A DNA stretch of 64,000 nt from IMG/VR virus record IMGVR_UViG_3300030339_000006, one strand, 5' to 3'. The notes beneath the pieces were generated by a model. That model was not told where the DNA came from and ran no database searches. It saw only the letters and a list, made by a program, of their open reading frames with translations. Within the stretch, counting starts at the first letter, position 1. Each line of letters starts with the position of its first letter. This stretch comes from a virus. The translations under genes and the position numbers were made by a program. Positions 35,520 through 43,617 of the stretch are shown here, one piece after another.

Positions 35520-36200
35520 ATGGTCGAAAAGAGAGACAATTTTGAAAAAGGCGTAATTGGAGCCGTCGGGGGCACTGCTGCAGCCTCCGGAGTGGCACCT
35601 CGCTTGCTGGGGTATCACGTGGTCCGCCACGGCACGAGCAACGAGAACGCCGCAAAGATCAAGAAGGAAGGGTTTAACCCTAAGATGGGTGGCAAGGGTG
35701 GGGCGGGACAGCACGCGGCGACAGGTGACCGAGCGAAGAGGTTTAAGGAACAATCCCGAGGGAAGATTCACGTAACGAAAAACCCTTTGATCTCCCGTAT
35801 GTTCGCCGGGATAACGGAGAAGCGTAATCCTAATCCCGAATCTCTCGGTGACTTGGCCGGTGGTAAGGTTCTGAAAGCCCGCGTTACTGATCAACATTAC
35901 CGAACCATGCAGAAAGACCCTCACATGGGTGGCGGCAAGGCCACTGCAGCGACGACTCACCACAAGATTCCCTCACATCAGATTATCGGTGGGGCGGGGG
36001 ATAAGGGGGTCAAAGGTGTAGTTAATAAGAAGACGTTGGCGAAATACTACCGCAATAAGACGAATCACGGTCGTATCGGCAGAGGTATAGCTCTCGCGGG
36101 AGTCGCTGCCACCGGTGCTCACCAGGTCTATCAGTCCGTGAAGGAAGGATTGACCAAGAAGTCAGGATTGCAGATCCGGGCAGAAAGTTTGCTCCGGTAA
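35520..36200 (+). CDS. ADP-ribosyltransferase-fold protein, paralogue of 30032..30670
   Basis: RHGTSNENAAKIKKEGF...GKIHVT; colinear motifs with 30032 protein. Confidence 0.7.
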   Translation: MVEKRDNFEKGVIGAVGGTAAASGVAPRLLGYHVVRHGTSNENAAKIKKEGFNPKMGGKGGAGQHAATGDRAKRFKEQSRGKIHVTKNPLISRMFAGITEKRNPNPESLGDLAGGKVLKARVTDQHYRTMQKDPHMGGGKATAATTHHKIPSHQIIGGAGDKGVKGVVNKKTLAKYYRNKTNHGRIGRGIALAGVAATGAHQVYQSVKEGLTKKSGLQIRAESLLR

Positions 36201-36229
36201 TTGACAGGTCAAGGACGACCTGATATCTT
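36201..36229 (+). promoter_or_regulatory. Sigma70-like promoter directly upstream of suppressor tRNA
   Basis: TTGACA-17-TATCTT with TG extension. Confidence 0.65.
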
Positions 36230-36237
36230 ACAGACAT

Positions 36238-36313
36238 GCCTGAGTAGCTGAGCGGTTGTAGCGGGAGCCTCTAAAACTCTGATACGTCGGTTCGAATCCG
36301 ACCTCGGGCACCA
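36238..36313 (+). tRNA. Amber suppressor tRNA (CTA anticodon)
   Basis: gcctgag/ctcgggc acceptor, ct-CTA-aa loop (CTA at 36271-36273), canonical T-arm, A73-CCA. Confidence 0.85.
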
Positions 36314-36314
36314 C

Positions 36315-36408
36315 TGATGTGTAGCTTAACGTAAAAGTGCTACGGAATCGGGGACTACCCCCTTTGACAATGGCGGATGTCCGGCACGTAAACCGGACCA
36401 CATCACCA
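36315..36408 (+). ncRNA. tRNA-like RNA with expanded anticodon region
   Basis: tgatgtg/cacatca acceptor, TAGCT D start, gtccgg/ccggac stem, CCA. Confidence 0.55.
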
Positions 36409-36410
36409 CC

Positions 36411-36486
36411 GGGTGCATAGCTCAGTTGGCAGAGCGGCGGACTCTTAATCCGTAGGTCGTAGGTTCGAACCCTACTGCACCCACCA
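36411..36486 (+). tRNA. tRNA-Lys(CTT)
   Basis: Canonical cloverleaf, CCA. Confidence 0.92.
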
Positions 36487-36546
36487 CTTCCCCTTTTGCG
36501 AATTCCTTGGTATAATAGACATACCGTCCATACCAGGAGTTTTTCC

Positions 36547-36741
36547 ATGAAAGATATTATCGGTAATACCCTCGAAATCGGCGACCGCGTCGTGACCACT
36601 GTCAGTGGCTACGAAGAATTACAGGTCCGCTACGTTCACAGCTTCACCCCTAAGAAAGTCCGTCTGTCCGCCCACCCGAACCTTGAGTTCACTTCCGATC
36701 TTAAATCCCCTCGTCAACTCGTGAAGGTGCCGCATGTTTGA
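36547..36741 (+). CDS. Small SH3/KOW-like protein (paralogue family 5)
   Basis: MKDIIGNTLEIGDRVV. Confidence 0.75.
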   Translation: MKDIIGNTLEIGDRVVTTVSGYEELQVRYVHSFTPKKVRLSAHPNLEFTSDLKSPRQLVKVPHV

Positions 36742-36928
36742 TTTCCGTAAGCAGGAACTGGCGGTTGGGGACACGGTAGCCCTTTTTTGGTGCGACGGCC
36801 AGTTGGCCGAAGGGGTCATCGTGCAGATTCGGGGCAACTGGGCCAAACTCGACGTTACTTATCACGGCTCGGTCTCTCGCAGTAAGTGGAAGGCCGGCTA
36901 CACCATGGTTAAACTGGAGGCAAAATGA
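36734..36928 (+). CDS. Paralogue family 5
   Basis: MFDFRKQELAVGDTVA. Confidence 0.75.
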   Translation: MFDFRKQELAVGDTVALFWCDGQLAEGVIVQIRGNWAKLDVTYHGSVSRSKWKAGYTMVKLEAK

Positions 36929-37122
36929 AAGATCAATTCGGTCGTGAGCTCAAACTCGGCGACATGGTCGTCTTCTGCGGGATTCGTCACCGCTCGGCGT
37001 ACCTCTACCGCGGCATCATTGAGAAAGTCGAAGGCAAGTCCCTGACGATCTTCTGTGGTGACCGCGAGTCTTCCCGTAAACGCTTCAACCGCCACTGTGA
37101 GGACGTTTCCCTTGATCGATAG
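36925..37122 (+). CDS. Paralogue family 5
   Basis: MKDQFGRELKLGDMVV. Confidence 0.75.
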   Translation: MKDQFGRELKLGDMVVFCGIRHRSAYLYRGIIEKVEGKSLTIFCGDRESSRKRFNRHCEDVSLDR

Positions 37123-37312
37123 ATTCGGCAATACTCTGTCCGTCGGTGACACGGTGGTTTACTTCTCAACGGGCTATGCCCCGACTGCCCGCGTTGGCAT
37201 GATCATCGAGTTCGCGAGAGGGTCAGTGAAGATCAAGACCACTTCTCATCGTGAAGTCCTTCGGTCGGCAGGCTCGCTCATCCACTACACAGGAATCGCT
37301 AATGGTCTTTAA
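37112..37312 (+). CDS. Paralogue family 5
   Basis: TTG start; IDRFGNTLSVGDTVV. Confidence 0.7.
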   Translation: MIDRFGNTLSVGDTVVYFSTGYAPTARVGMIIEFARGSVKIKTTSHREVLRSAGSLIHYTGIANGL

Positions 37313-37517
37313 CGGCGTCGACATCCTCGATAAATCCGAGTTGGTCAAAGGCCGGTCCTACAAGGGCGACTGCCGGAACGCCAGTGAGGCCGTCTGGAAC
37401 GGGCGTCTGTTTGTTTACAAGCGGACCAAGTTCGGTGACACCTACGATGAAACCATCGAACACCCGGAAGATGACTGCGGGTATGATCTCTTCCTCCCCC
37501 GGAGGGATTTGAATTGA
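37302..37517 (+). CDS. Conserved phage hypothetical protein
   Basis: YKGDCRNASEAVWNG..F.YKRTKFG. Confidence 0.7.
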   Translation: MVFNGVDILDKSELVKGRSYKGDCRNASEAVWNGRLFVYKRTKFGDTYDETIEHPEDDCGYDLFLPRRDLN

Positions 37518-37711
37518 AAGACTTAACCGGAATGGAGATTCACGTCGGTGATACCGTGGTGGCCAGCCTAGATGGCACCGACTCCCGGATTCGCCTTTGC
37601 ACCGTCATCGGCTTCACCGCCCAGAAAGTTAGAGTTCAATCCCGTTGGAGGGGCAATGAGCGTGGCGAGCTGAAAGACCCTGGTAACCTCATTATCATGA
37701 GGGCAATGTGA
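37514..37711 (+). CDS. Paralogue family 5
   Basis: KDLTGMEIHVGDTVV. Confidence 0.75.
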   Translation: MKDLTGMEIHVGDTVVASLDGTDSRIRLCTVIGFTAQKVRVQSRWRGNERGELKDPGNLIIMRAM

Positions 37712-37775
37712 GTACATTCTTGCTGTGGCTTAGCCTGCAGAAACACCCTAAACCTTTACTCAATAAGGAAACACC

Positions 37776-37961
37776 ATGTTTGATGCTCGAGGAAATCCCC
37801 TGTCGTTGGCCGACTCTGTCGTCTTCGCGAAAAATGACGGGGAGTTAGGCTTCGGCCACATTACCGGTTTTGACGAGTATGGTCACTACGCCTTTATCCA
37901 CACGGAGAAAGACCGCAAGACCAAAAAGAATAACCGTGAGCTACTGAAGGTGCCGAAATGA
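37776..37961 (+). CDS. Paralogue family 5
   Basis: MFDARGNPLSLADSVV. Confidence 0.75.
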   Translation: MFDARGNPLSLADSVVFAKNDGELGFGHITGFDEYGHYAFIHTEKDRKTKKNNRELLKVPK

Positions 37962-38167
37962 AGGACATTAATGGCAATGAAGTCCACGTCGGTTCCGTTG
38001 TCGTGACCGGCAGATCGGGAGGGTCCATCAGCCTGGGTTTCGGTATCGTGACGTCCATCGGTAAAAAGATGGTCACGTTAGACCGACTACCCCCAACAGA
38101 CTCCCGTTACCGCCACTGCGTTTACCCCGGATCTCGCCGTTACGGAGATGATGTAGTCGTTCTATAA
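37958..38167 (+). CDS. Paralogue family 5
   Basis: MKDINGNEVHVGSVVV. Confidence 0.75.
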   Translation: MKDINGNEVHVGSVVVTGRSGGSISLGFGIVTSIGKKMVTLDRLPPTDSRYRHCVYPGSRRYGDDVVVL

Positions 38168-38172
38168 AATAG

Positions 38173-38201
38173 TTGACAGCCAGGGTTCGCCCTGGCATAC
38201 T
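38173..38201 (+). promoter_or_regulatory. Sigma70-like promoter with UUCG hairpin in spacer
   Basis: TTGACA-17-CATACT. Confidence 0.7.
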
Positions 38202-38210
38202 CTAAGGCTC

Positions 38211-38286
38211 GGGGGAATAGCTCAGTTGGTAGAGCATTCGGCTGATAACTGAAAGGTCGCTGGTTCGAGCCCAGCTTCTCCCACCA
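38211..38286 (+). tRNA. tRNA-Ile(GAT)
   Basis: Canonical cloverleaf, CCA. Confidence 0.9.
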
Positions 38287-38288
38287 CT

Positions 38289-38364
38289 GCTCTGTTCGTC
38301 TATCGGTTTAGGACATCGCTCTTTCACAGCGAAAAGAGGAGTTCAATTCTCCTACAGAGTACCA
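38289..38364 (+). tRNA. tRNA-Glu(TTC)
   Basis: tcgct-ct-TTC-ac-agcga, CCA. Confidence 0.9.
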
Positions 38365-38366
38365 CT

Positions 38367-38443
38367 GCATCGCTAATTCAATTGCGTAGAATACCAGGCT
38401 TTTAACTTGGGGGTTGTAGGTTCAAGTCCTACGCGATGCACCA
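38367..38443 (+). tRNA. tRNA-Lys(TTT)
   Basis: ccagg-ct-TTT-aa-cttgg, CCA. Confidence 0.85.
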
Positions 38444-38504
38444 CTTCCTGTCCTCATTTTTACCCACCACGGGTATAAGTACTGTGTAAACCACAGGAGG
38501 CAGC

Positions 38505-38987
38505 ATGTTTTCAGCATATCTCAGCTTCAAGAACCCCTTTAATAGCCTTTTCGGAGAATACCAGAACTTCGCCATTTATGGCGATCTGGATGACTTCGGC
38601 CGTTACCTTCGCACTATCACCTGGACCCGTAAGTACCCCGAACTGGACAACACCCGACGGGTGATCTCCTTGTTCCTGGAAGAACTTCCGAAAGTGAAGA
38701 ACAAACTCTCCATTGATCTCAACGGGGAGTACATCACCCTGTACGAAACCAAGTATATCGAACGCACGAAGGACCGTCTGGAATTCGGCGAGCGGCCACT
38801 CTTCCCGGTTCAAGACCTGGAGGGAGCGATGAAGACTATCGCCCGCGGCATTGACTGGAAGGACGTCAAGAAGGTCCGTGAAGGGCGGATGGCCATGAGT
38901 AAGCTTTTCAACGACCACGAGTATGGCATTCTACAATTGGAGGCACAAAATGTTAGTAACACTGCAGATAGATCACGAGGACGGTGA
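38505..38987 (+). CDS. Hypothetical protein
   Basis: GGTATAAG motif, AGGAGG RBS. Confidence 0.75.
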   Translation: MFSAYLSFKNPFNSLFGEYQNFAIYGDLDDFGRYLRTITWTRKYPELDNTRRVISLFLEELPKVKNKLSIDLNGEYITLYETKYIERTKDRLEFGERPLFPVQDLEGAMKTIARGIDWKDVKKVREGRMAMSKLFNDHEYGILQLEAQNVSNTADRSRGR

Positions 38988-39219
38988 GGAAACTACCGGC
39001 CCTCATGGCTTCGTCTCAGGGCAGCGTCTGGACCTGGACGACCACCCGAACCGCATAACGGAGATCGTCAACGACATCATCGGGGCTCTTGCCATAGAAG
39101 AAGATCCTGACGAACTCGGGGATGTGATCGACGAGCTCAACGACGGGATCGATAACGGTGAGAACGTTCGCACGGAAATCGGCCCATGGGAAATCGAACT
39201 GTTAGTGGTGGACGAATGA
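38950..39219 (+). CDS. Acidic hypothetical protein
   Basis: GGAGG RBS. Confidence 0.7.
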   Translation: MLVTLQIDHEDGEETTGPHGFVSGQRLDLDDHPNRITEIVNDIIGALAIEEDPDELGDVIDELNDGIDNGENVRTEIGPWEIELLVVDE

Positions 39220-39509
39220 AGGTCCTTGGCGGGGACTTCATCATCGAGCTGAAGGGCAACGGGTTAGTCAAATTCAACCTGTTCGGCCAGAGCCTCGACC
39301 ACGTGGTACTTCGTGGTAAATTCCGCGACGTCACCAAGGACCTCGGCAGTGTGACACTCCAAACGATCGGCGACCAGGATTACGCCGCGTTTGATGCACA
39401 GTTAGAAGAGTTCTTGGAGAAGGTCGAAGAGGCCGACGAGTACTCCTTCCAGTTCGGCGGCCAGCCGTCCGAGCAGTGGCCCATCTTGATCTGTCAGTAT
39501 ATTAAGTGA
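39216..39509 (+). CDS. Hypothetical protein
   Basis: ATGA coupling. Confidence 0.65.
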   Translation: MKVLGGDFIIELKGNGLVKFNLFGQSLDHVVLRGKFRDVTKDLGSVTLQTIGDQDYAAFDAQLEEFLEKVEEADEYSFQFGGQPSEQWPILICQYIK

Positions 39510-39697
39510 AATTAATCATAAAGAGCGCCAGGACGGTGCTCTTTACTGCTAATGGAGTTGAAGAAGCCCTTAAGTTATTGGATCAGGATTTCGAGGAGCC
39601 TCTAGCGGTGGCCGCTATGGTCTCGTGGCTCCATCGATATCCCGAATCACCTCACGCCATTTACGGCAAGTTAACCTTCATGTGGACACGACTATGA
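39506..39697 (+). CDS. Hypothetical protein
   Basis: GTGA coupling. Confidence 0.55.
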   Translation: MKLIIKSARTVLFTANGVEEALKLLDQDFEEPLAVAAMVSWLHRYPESPHAIYGKLTFMWTRL

Positions 39698-40098
39698 AAA
39701 TCACTGACGTTACCTACTACGTTGCCCGCGGTATCTTCTACGGGTACTCTCAGGAATCTATCCAAAACTTTATTCTTCGTGGCTACTGCGTAGAAAACCA
39801 ATTGGTGATCGATATTCCTTCACCGACGGGAACTCTCTTTGAAGGTATGGGTTGGATTCCCTCCGAGAAAGAGCTCGGGTTGGACCCGCAGGAAGTCATC
39901 CGCTTGATCAACTTCCGCCGCATCTACAGCGTACCTTTCGGGGAGCACGCGGAGGATCTGGATCCCGAGGATATCGAGTTTGGAAAATACACCATGGTCC
40001 TCATGAAGCCTGGACTGTCCCGGTCTTTGGTCCAGAATATGGCTGCAGCGATCATCCTCCAAATGGCCACCCGCGGCTATGCACTGGAGGACGCGTGA
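39694..40098 (+). CDS. Hypothetical protein
   Basis: GIFYGY...F.GMGWIP...R.YSVPF. Confidence 0.65.
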   Translation: MKITDVTYYVARGIFYGYSQESIQNFILRGYCVENQLVIDIPSPTGTLFEGMGWIPSEKELGLDPQEVIRLINFRRIYSVPFGEHAEDLDPEDIEFGKYTMVLMKPGLSRSLVQNMAAAIILQMATRGYALEDA

Positions 40099-40448
40099 AC
40101 CTCCATCAAGCCGTGCTGAAGTTAAACGGAGACGATGACGTGCAGTGGGAACTGGAAGGTATCCAGCAGACCCGCTTCACGATCATCTTCCGCGGGGCCG
40201 ATCTCGATGCGATGCTCTACCGCGTCAATGACGTCCTCCGTTCATTCACCGTCGTGCCCAACCCTGCCGCTAAACCAGACGTTCAAGCAGGCTACCTGGA
40301 AGCGGCCAAGAAGATGCTCTGGGATATCCGCTGCCTGATTCATCAGCAGGGGAAGGATGGGGATGTCGCCACCGGTGGCAATATCTGTTCGTCCTGGGAG
40401 CTGTACACCATGCCTGACGTCCTTGCAGATAGGATCTACAAAGTATGA
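40095..40448 (+). CDS. Hypothetical protein
   Basis: GGAGG RBS, GTG start. Confidence 0.65.
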   Translation: MNLHQAVLKLNGDDDVQWELEGIQQTRFTIIFRGADLDAMLYRVNDVLRSFTVVPNPAAKPDVQAGYLEAAKKMLWDIRCLIHQQGKDGDVATGGNICSSWELYTMPDVLADRIYKV

Positions 40449-40645
40449 AAAGAGAAATCGTTGAGATATGCCGACCGGGGTGGTGCTGTCCTGGCCACGA
40501 TAAGTATCCTGGAGATACCTACCGGAGCAATCGCTCCAAGCGGGCCCGTGCCCGGGATATCAAGAAAGAACACCGTCACGTCCGTCGAGTTGTCAAAGGG
40601 CGTACCCGTAAAGAAGCATTAGCAGCATTAGGAGAATTGAAATGA
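40445..40645 (+). CDS. Small basic protein (CCPGHD)
   Basis: Arg/Lys-rich, coupled. Confidence 0.65.
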   Translation: MKREIVEICRPGWCCPGHDKYPGDTYRSNRSKRARARDIKKEHRHVRRVVKGRTRKEALAALGELK

Positions 40646-41130
40646 CACACGCAGCGAATTGGCGAGAAGAAGGCAAAGAAGATCCTCACGGTAATCACTA
40701 CAACAAAGAGCGCAGCAGTCTCGCTCTGGGGGATATGACGGACGACGAGTTGGCCAATGCCGTTTTCCTCTACGGTGATACTATGCCGAATATGAATGAC
40801 GTTATTGCCGGCAAGGCTAGGATGCCGATCGCCTACCTGACGGCCGCTAAGGAGCGTATCCGCTGGCTGTCCCGTCGTCTGGAGAGCAAGTTGGGATCCA
40901 AGGCTTCCGACCTTCTGTGGAACAATCGTGATGACGGTCGACTGCCAGGTGGGCAGACGTGGAAGGACTTCGAGTTGGTCCCGCTGTTTGGTGGCCAGAC
41001 CTGTGCACCAGAAGAAGCCGACACGTATCGCCTGTGTGGTGTCACTTCAACGGTTACTTACTGGCTTCATACCTGCTCATCTTACTCAGAGGCTCTGGAA
41101 CGTATGACCGTTCTGGAGAAACTGCGTTGA
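40642..41130 (+). CDS. Conserved phage hypothetical protein
   Basis: DPHG..Y..ER..L..G.MTDDELAN...AKERIRWLSR. Confidence 0.75.
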   Translation: MTHAANWREEGKEDPHGNHYNKERSSLALGDMTDDELANAVFLYGDTMPNMNDVIAGKARMPIAYLTAAKERIRWLSRRLESKLGSKASDLLWNNRDDGRLPGGQTWKDFELVPLFGGQTCAPEEADTYRLCGVTSTVTYWLHTCSSYSEALERMTVLEKLR

Positions 41131-41468
41131 TTCGCGGCAAACTCGTTATCGGGTCCTACGGGACCGGGAGCTTCACTCATGGCACCGTCACCCAAGACCA
41201 ATTCGTCTTCATCATCTATGGAGGAACAGAAGAGGTCGTTACAGCGAGAGCGATTGAAATCCTTAAGGAAATCACAGGGGTCGCTAACCCCTACACTTCC
41301 GAGGCCTATCAAAGGGACTTTTCCGAGCTCCCCGCCGCCGTCCTTCAGAAACTCGACGAGGGTGAGGACTTTGGATTCTCTCTCGACTATGATCCGTATG
41401 AGAATGTTGCGGGAGCCAGCTGGAGAATGAAATCCCTGCATGGCGATCCCACCATTATCCTGGAGTAA
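41127..41468 (+). CDS. Hypothetical protein
   Basis: TTG start after GGAG. Confidence 0.6.
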   Translation: MIRGKLVIGSYGTGSFTHGTVTQDQFVFIIYGGTEEVVTARAIEILKEITGVANPYTSEAYQRDFSELPAAVLQKLDEGEDFGFSLDYDPYENVAGASWRMKSLHGDPTIILE

Positions 41469-41470
41469 TC

Positions 41471-41728
41471 ATGTACGCATTCTTCAGACTGAGTATGCCC
41501 AAGGTAAACTCCTGGGACGGAAAGTGGAGCGGCGAGGGTAAGAACCTTGTCGCAAAGGCCCCGGTCCAGAACGATGACCTGATCGGCCGGTCCTTCCTGC
41601 ATGACTTCGGGGATGGCTGGGTGGCCCAGGTCACCGTTTCCCTTAACGACACCGCCGAAGGTTCCGATGGGTTCTTCGGGTATGAGTGGATGATCACTTC
41701 ATTGATTGAACACGGAGAAATACGATGA
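41471..41728 (+). CDS. Conserved phage hypothetical protein
   Basis: LSMP..NSWDGKWSG...FGDGW.A.V...SDGF.GYEWMI. Confidence 0.75.
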   Translation: MYAFFRLSMPKVNSWDGKWSGEGKNLVAKAPVQNDDLIGRSFLHDFGDGWVAQVTVSLNDTAEGSDGFFGYEWMITSLIEHGEIR

Positions 41729-42069
41729 GACACGTAGGCCTATTGACCTTCATCAGTTTCGACCAAGTGACCTGGCATTACAAGACGATCGAGCGGGACA
41801 TCCGCAAGAGCATACTGAAGATTCAAATTGAAGCACCGACGAAAGACAAGCTGCAGGAAACTGCCCTCGCAGTAATGGGTGCGGTTTCTGTTGAGTATGT
41901 CCACTTCAGTCTTGACCGTTCGGATGTTGACGGGTTGCTCAAAGAGATCACCGAAGACATCCCTCGCTTCGATTCGCGAACGGCGAGCATGGAGGAAGGC
42001 GCCATCAGCGTTAACTGGCGGTATACTGTCGTCGATGATCGCATCTGTGACGTGATCATTATCAAATAA
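41725..42069 (+). CDS. Hypothetical protein
   Basis: GGAG RBS, ATGA coupling. Confidence 0.65.
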   Translation: MRHVGLLTFISFDQVTWHYKTIERDIRKSILKIQIEAPTKDKLQETALAVMGAVSVEYVHFSLDRSDVDGLLKEITEDIPRFDSRTASMEEGAISVNWRYTVVDDRICDVIIIK

Positions 42070-42134
42070 CTACCGGAATCCCGGTATAACTAAGTTGTAG
42101 CAATCGCTATCATTAACTTTAAAAGGAAAATCCC

Positions 42135-42590
42135 ATGGGTCTGTTGTCAATGTTCAAGAAAGCTGTTTCAGGTGCTGCTAACGATGCGTCAACCAAACTG
42201 GCACGTCGCGAGAACAAGGAAGTAGTGGAAGCGGTAGTCTACGGCTGTATCATGATGGCACACGCCGACGGCACTCTGGGTGACGACGAACTGGCAAACA
42301 TCAGCCTGCAGCTGGAAAACAACGAAATCTTCAACGGCTTCCCGCCGGCTGAACTGGGTGCCATGATCGAGAAAGCTTGTAGCCTGTACAAAATGGGCAA
42401 GCTGATGGGTGACACCAAGTGCATGAATCAGATCAAAGACGTTAAGAAAGATCCGAAGAATGCTGAAGAAGTGCTGGTGGCCGTTCTGACCGTTGCCTTC
42501 GCTGACGGCGACTTCTCCGCAACTGAACGTGCCTGTGCTGAGAAGATCTCTCTGGCTCTCGGCCTGCGTCTGAAAGACTATGCTGAATAA
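42135..42590 (+). CDS. TerB-family protein
   Basis: AHADG...E and AFADG.FS..ER motifs. Confidence 0.85.
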   Translation: MGLLSMFKKAVSGAANDASTKLARRENKEVVEAVVYGCIMMAHADGTLGDDELANISLQLENNEIFNGFPPAELGAMIEKACSLYKMGKLMGDTKCMNQIKDVKKDPKNAEEVLVAVLTVAFADGDFSATERACAEKISLALGLRLKDYAE

Positions 42591-42738
42591 GGGCAAGTTG
42601 CTCCTGGCGGCGGCCTTTGCAGTCGCTGCTGTCCTCGTGGACTTCACGAGTAAAATGCTCTCGGTTGTCTCTGACGGACTTTTCATTGGTGTTGCCGCCT
42701 TCTTGGTGTGGCAAGTCTTGAAAAGCCCGCGGAGATAA
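42580..42738 (+). CDS. Small membrane protein coupled to TerB
   Basis: Manually translated ...AVLVDFTSKMLSVVSDG...; followed by terminator. Confidence 0.7.
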   Translation: MLNKGKLLLAAAFAVAAVLVDFTSKMLSVVSDGLFIGVAAFLVWQVLKSPRR

Positions 42739-42740
42739 CG

Positions 42741-42768
42741 AAAGGCCCTTCGGGGCCTTTTCTTTTTA
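42741..42768 (+). terminator. Rho-independent terminator
   Basis: aaaggccc-ttcg-gggccttt plus T-tract. Confidence 0.8.
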
Positions 42769-42804
42769 GGCGAGTAAAATAGGAATCCAACCATAGGAGT
42801 CACA

Positions 42805-43200
42805 ATGAACACTAACCATATGCTGTACGCGGATTTTGCACACGCTGACTACACTGCTCAGGGTATCACTATTCCGTTCGATGAGTGGACTGAAGACAAT
42901 TACTGGGTGAACGCACCGGTTCCTGATAACATCACTTACATTGAGCGTGTATTCTTCATGACCGATGATGAGTGGGGTTTCCCTTGGCAGTTGGCCGGAG
43001 AAGGCCCAACCTACGTTCGCGGTCAGTTCAGTCAGACGGATGGCCAGTGGTCAATCTATCTGGGTGATCAGGACCAAGATCAGTTCAGCCGCGACTTCCC
43101 GGATGAAGCCAGTGCTCGTGCCGTTTGGGATCACATGCTGAACTCCGACACGGTTACCCAAGAATCTATTGATTGGGTGCCGGATGCTGAAACCGAGTGA
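42805..43200 (+). CDS. Hypothetical protein (paralogue family 6)
   Basis: MNTNH start; ARAVWD motif. Confidence 0.75.
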   Translation: MNTNHMLYADFAHADYTAQGITIPFDEWTEDNYWVNAPVPDNITYIERVFFMTDDEWGFPWQLAGEGPTYVRGQFSQTDGQWSIYLGDQDQDQFSRDFPDEASARAVWDHMLNSDTVTQESIDWVPDAETE

Positions 43201-43594
43201 GTTCATAAAGCTCCAGGTGAAGCACGATAAAGTGAGGATCCGGGAGATCATGAAACGTCGGAGCCACAAGATCGGAAAGGGTGACATGGAACGTTACCTT
43301 TCTGACCACGAACACCGTGACTGGGAGCTTCGTGCCGGCTACTTTGAAGTTACCGACGATTGGTACCCTCCCTACTCTATCCCCACTCTCCCCGAACGTT
43401 ACATGCGAGCCAGCCTCCGAGCCAGTTATGAGGGCATGCATGAAGTATACGTTAGCGGGGCCGATGATCACAACCACACTTATCACTTTGCCAGCCTACT
43501 CGAAGCCGAGACTTTCTGGGACCTCCTGGTCGCTGAAGGCCCGCTCGAATCCTTGATGATTGACTTGATCTACGAACCTTTCTACCCGTGGTAA
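43184..43594 (+). CDS. Hypothetical protein (paralogue family 6)
   Basis: TDDW...VYVSGADD...AETFWD. Confidence 0.65.
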   Translation: MLKPSEFIKLQVKHDKVRIREIMKRRSHKIGKGDMERYLSDHEHRDWELRAGYFEVTDDWYPPYSIPTLPERYMRASLRASYEGMHEVYVSGADDHNHTYHFASLLEAETFWDLLVAEGPLESLMIDLIYEPFYPW

Positions 43595-43617
43595 AATACC
43601 TTTAGAGGTATTGAACT

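Noticed and set aside
36238-36313. tRNA-Pyl or genome-wide TAG recoding
   Set aside because: Canonical D/T arms unlike tRNA-Pyl, no pyl genes, long genes are uninterrupted, and TAG ends several normal genes.
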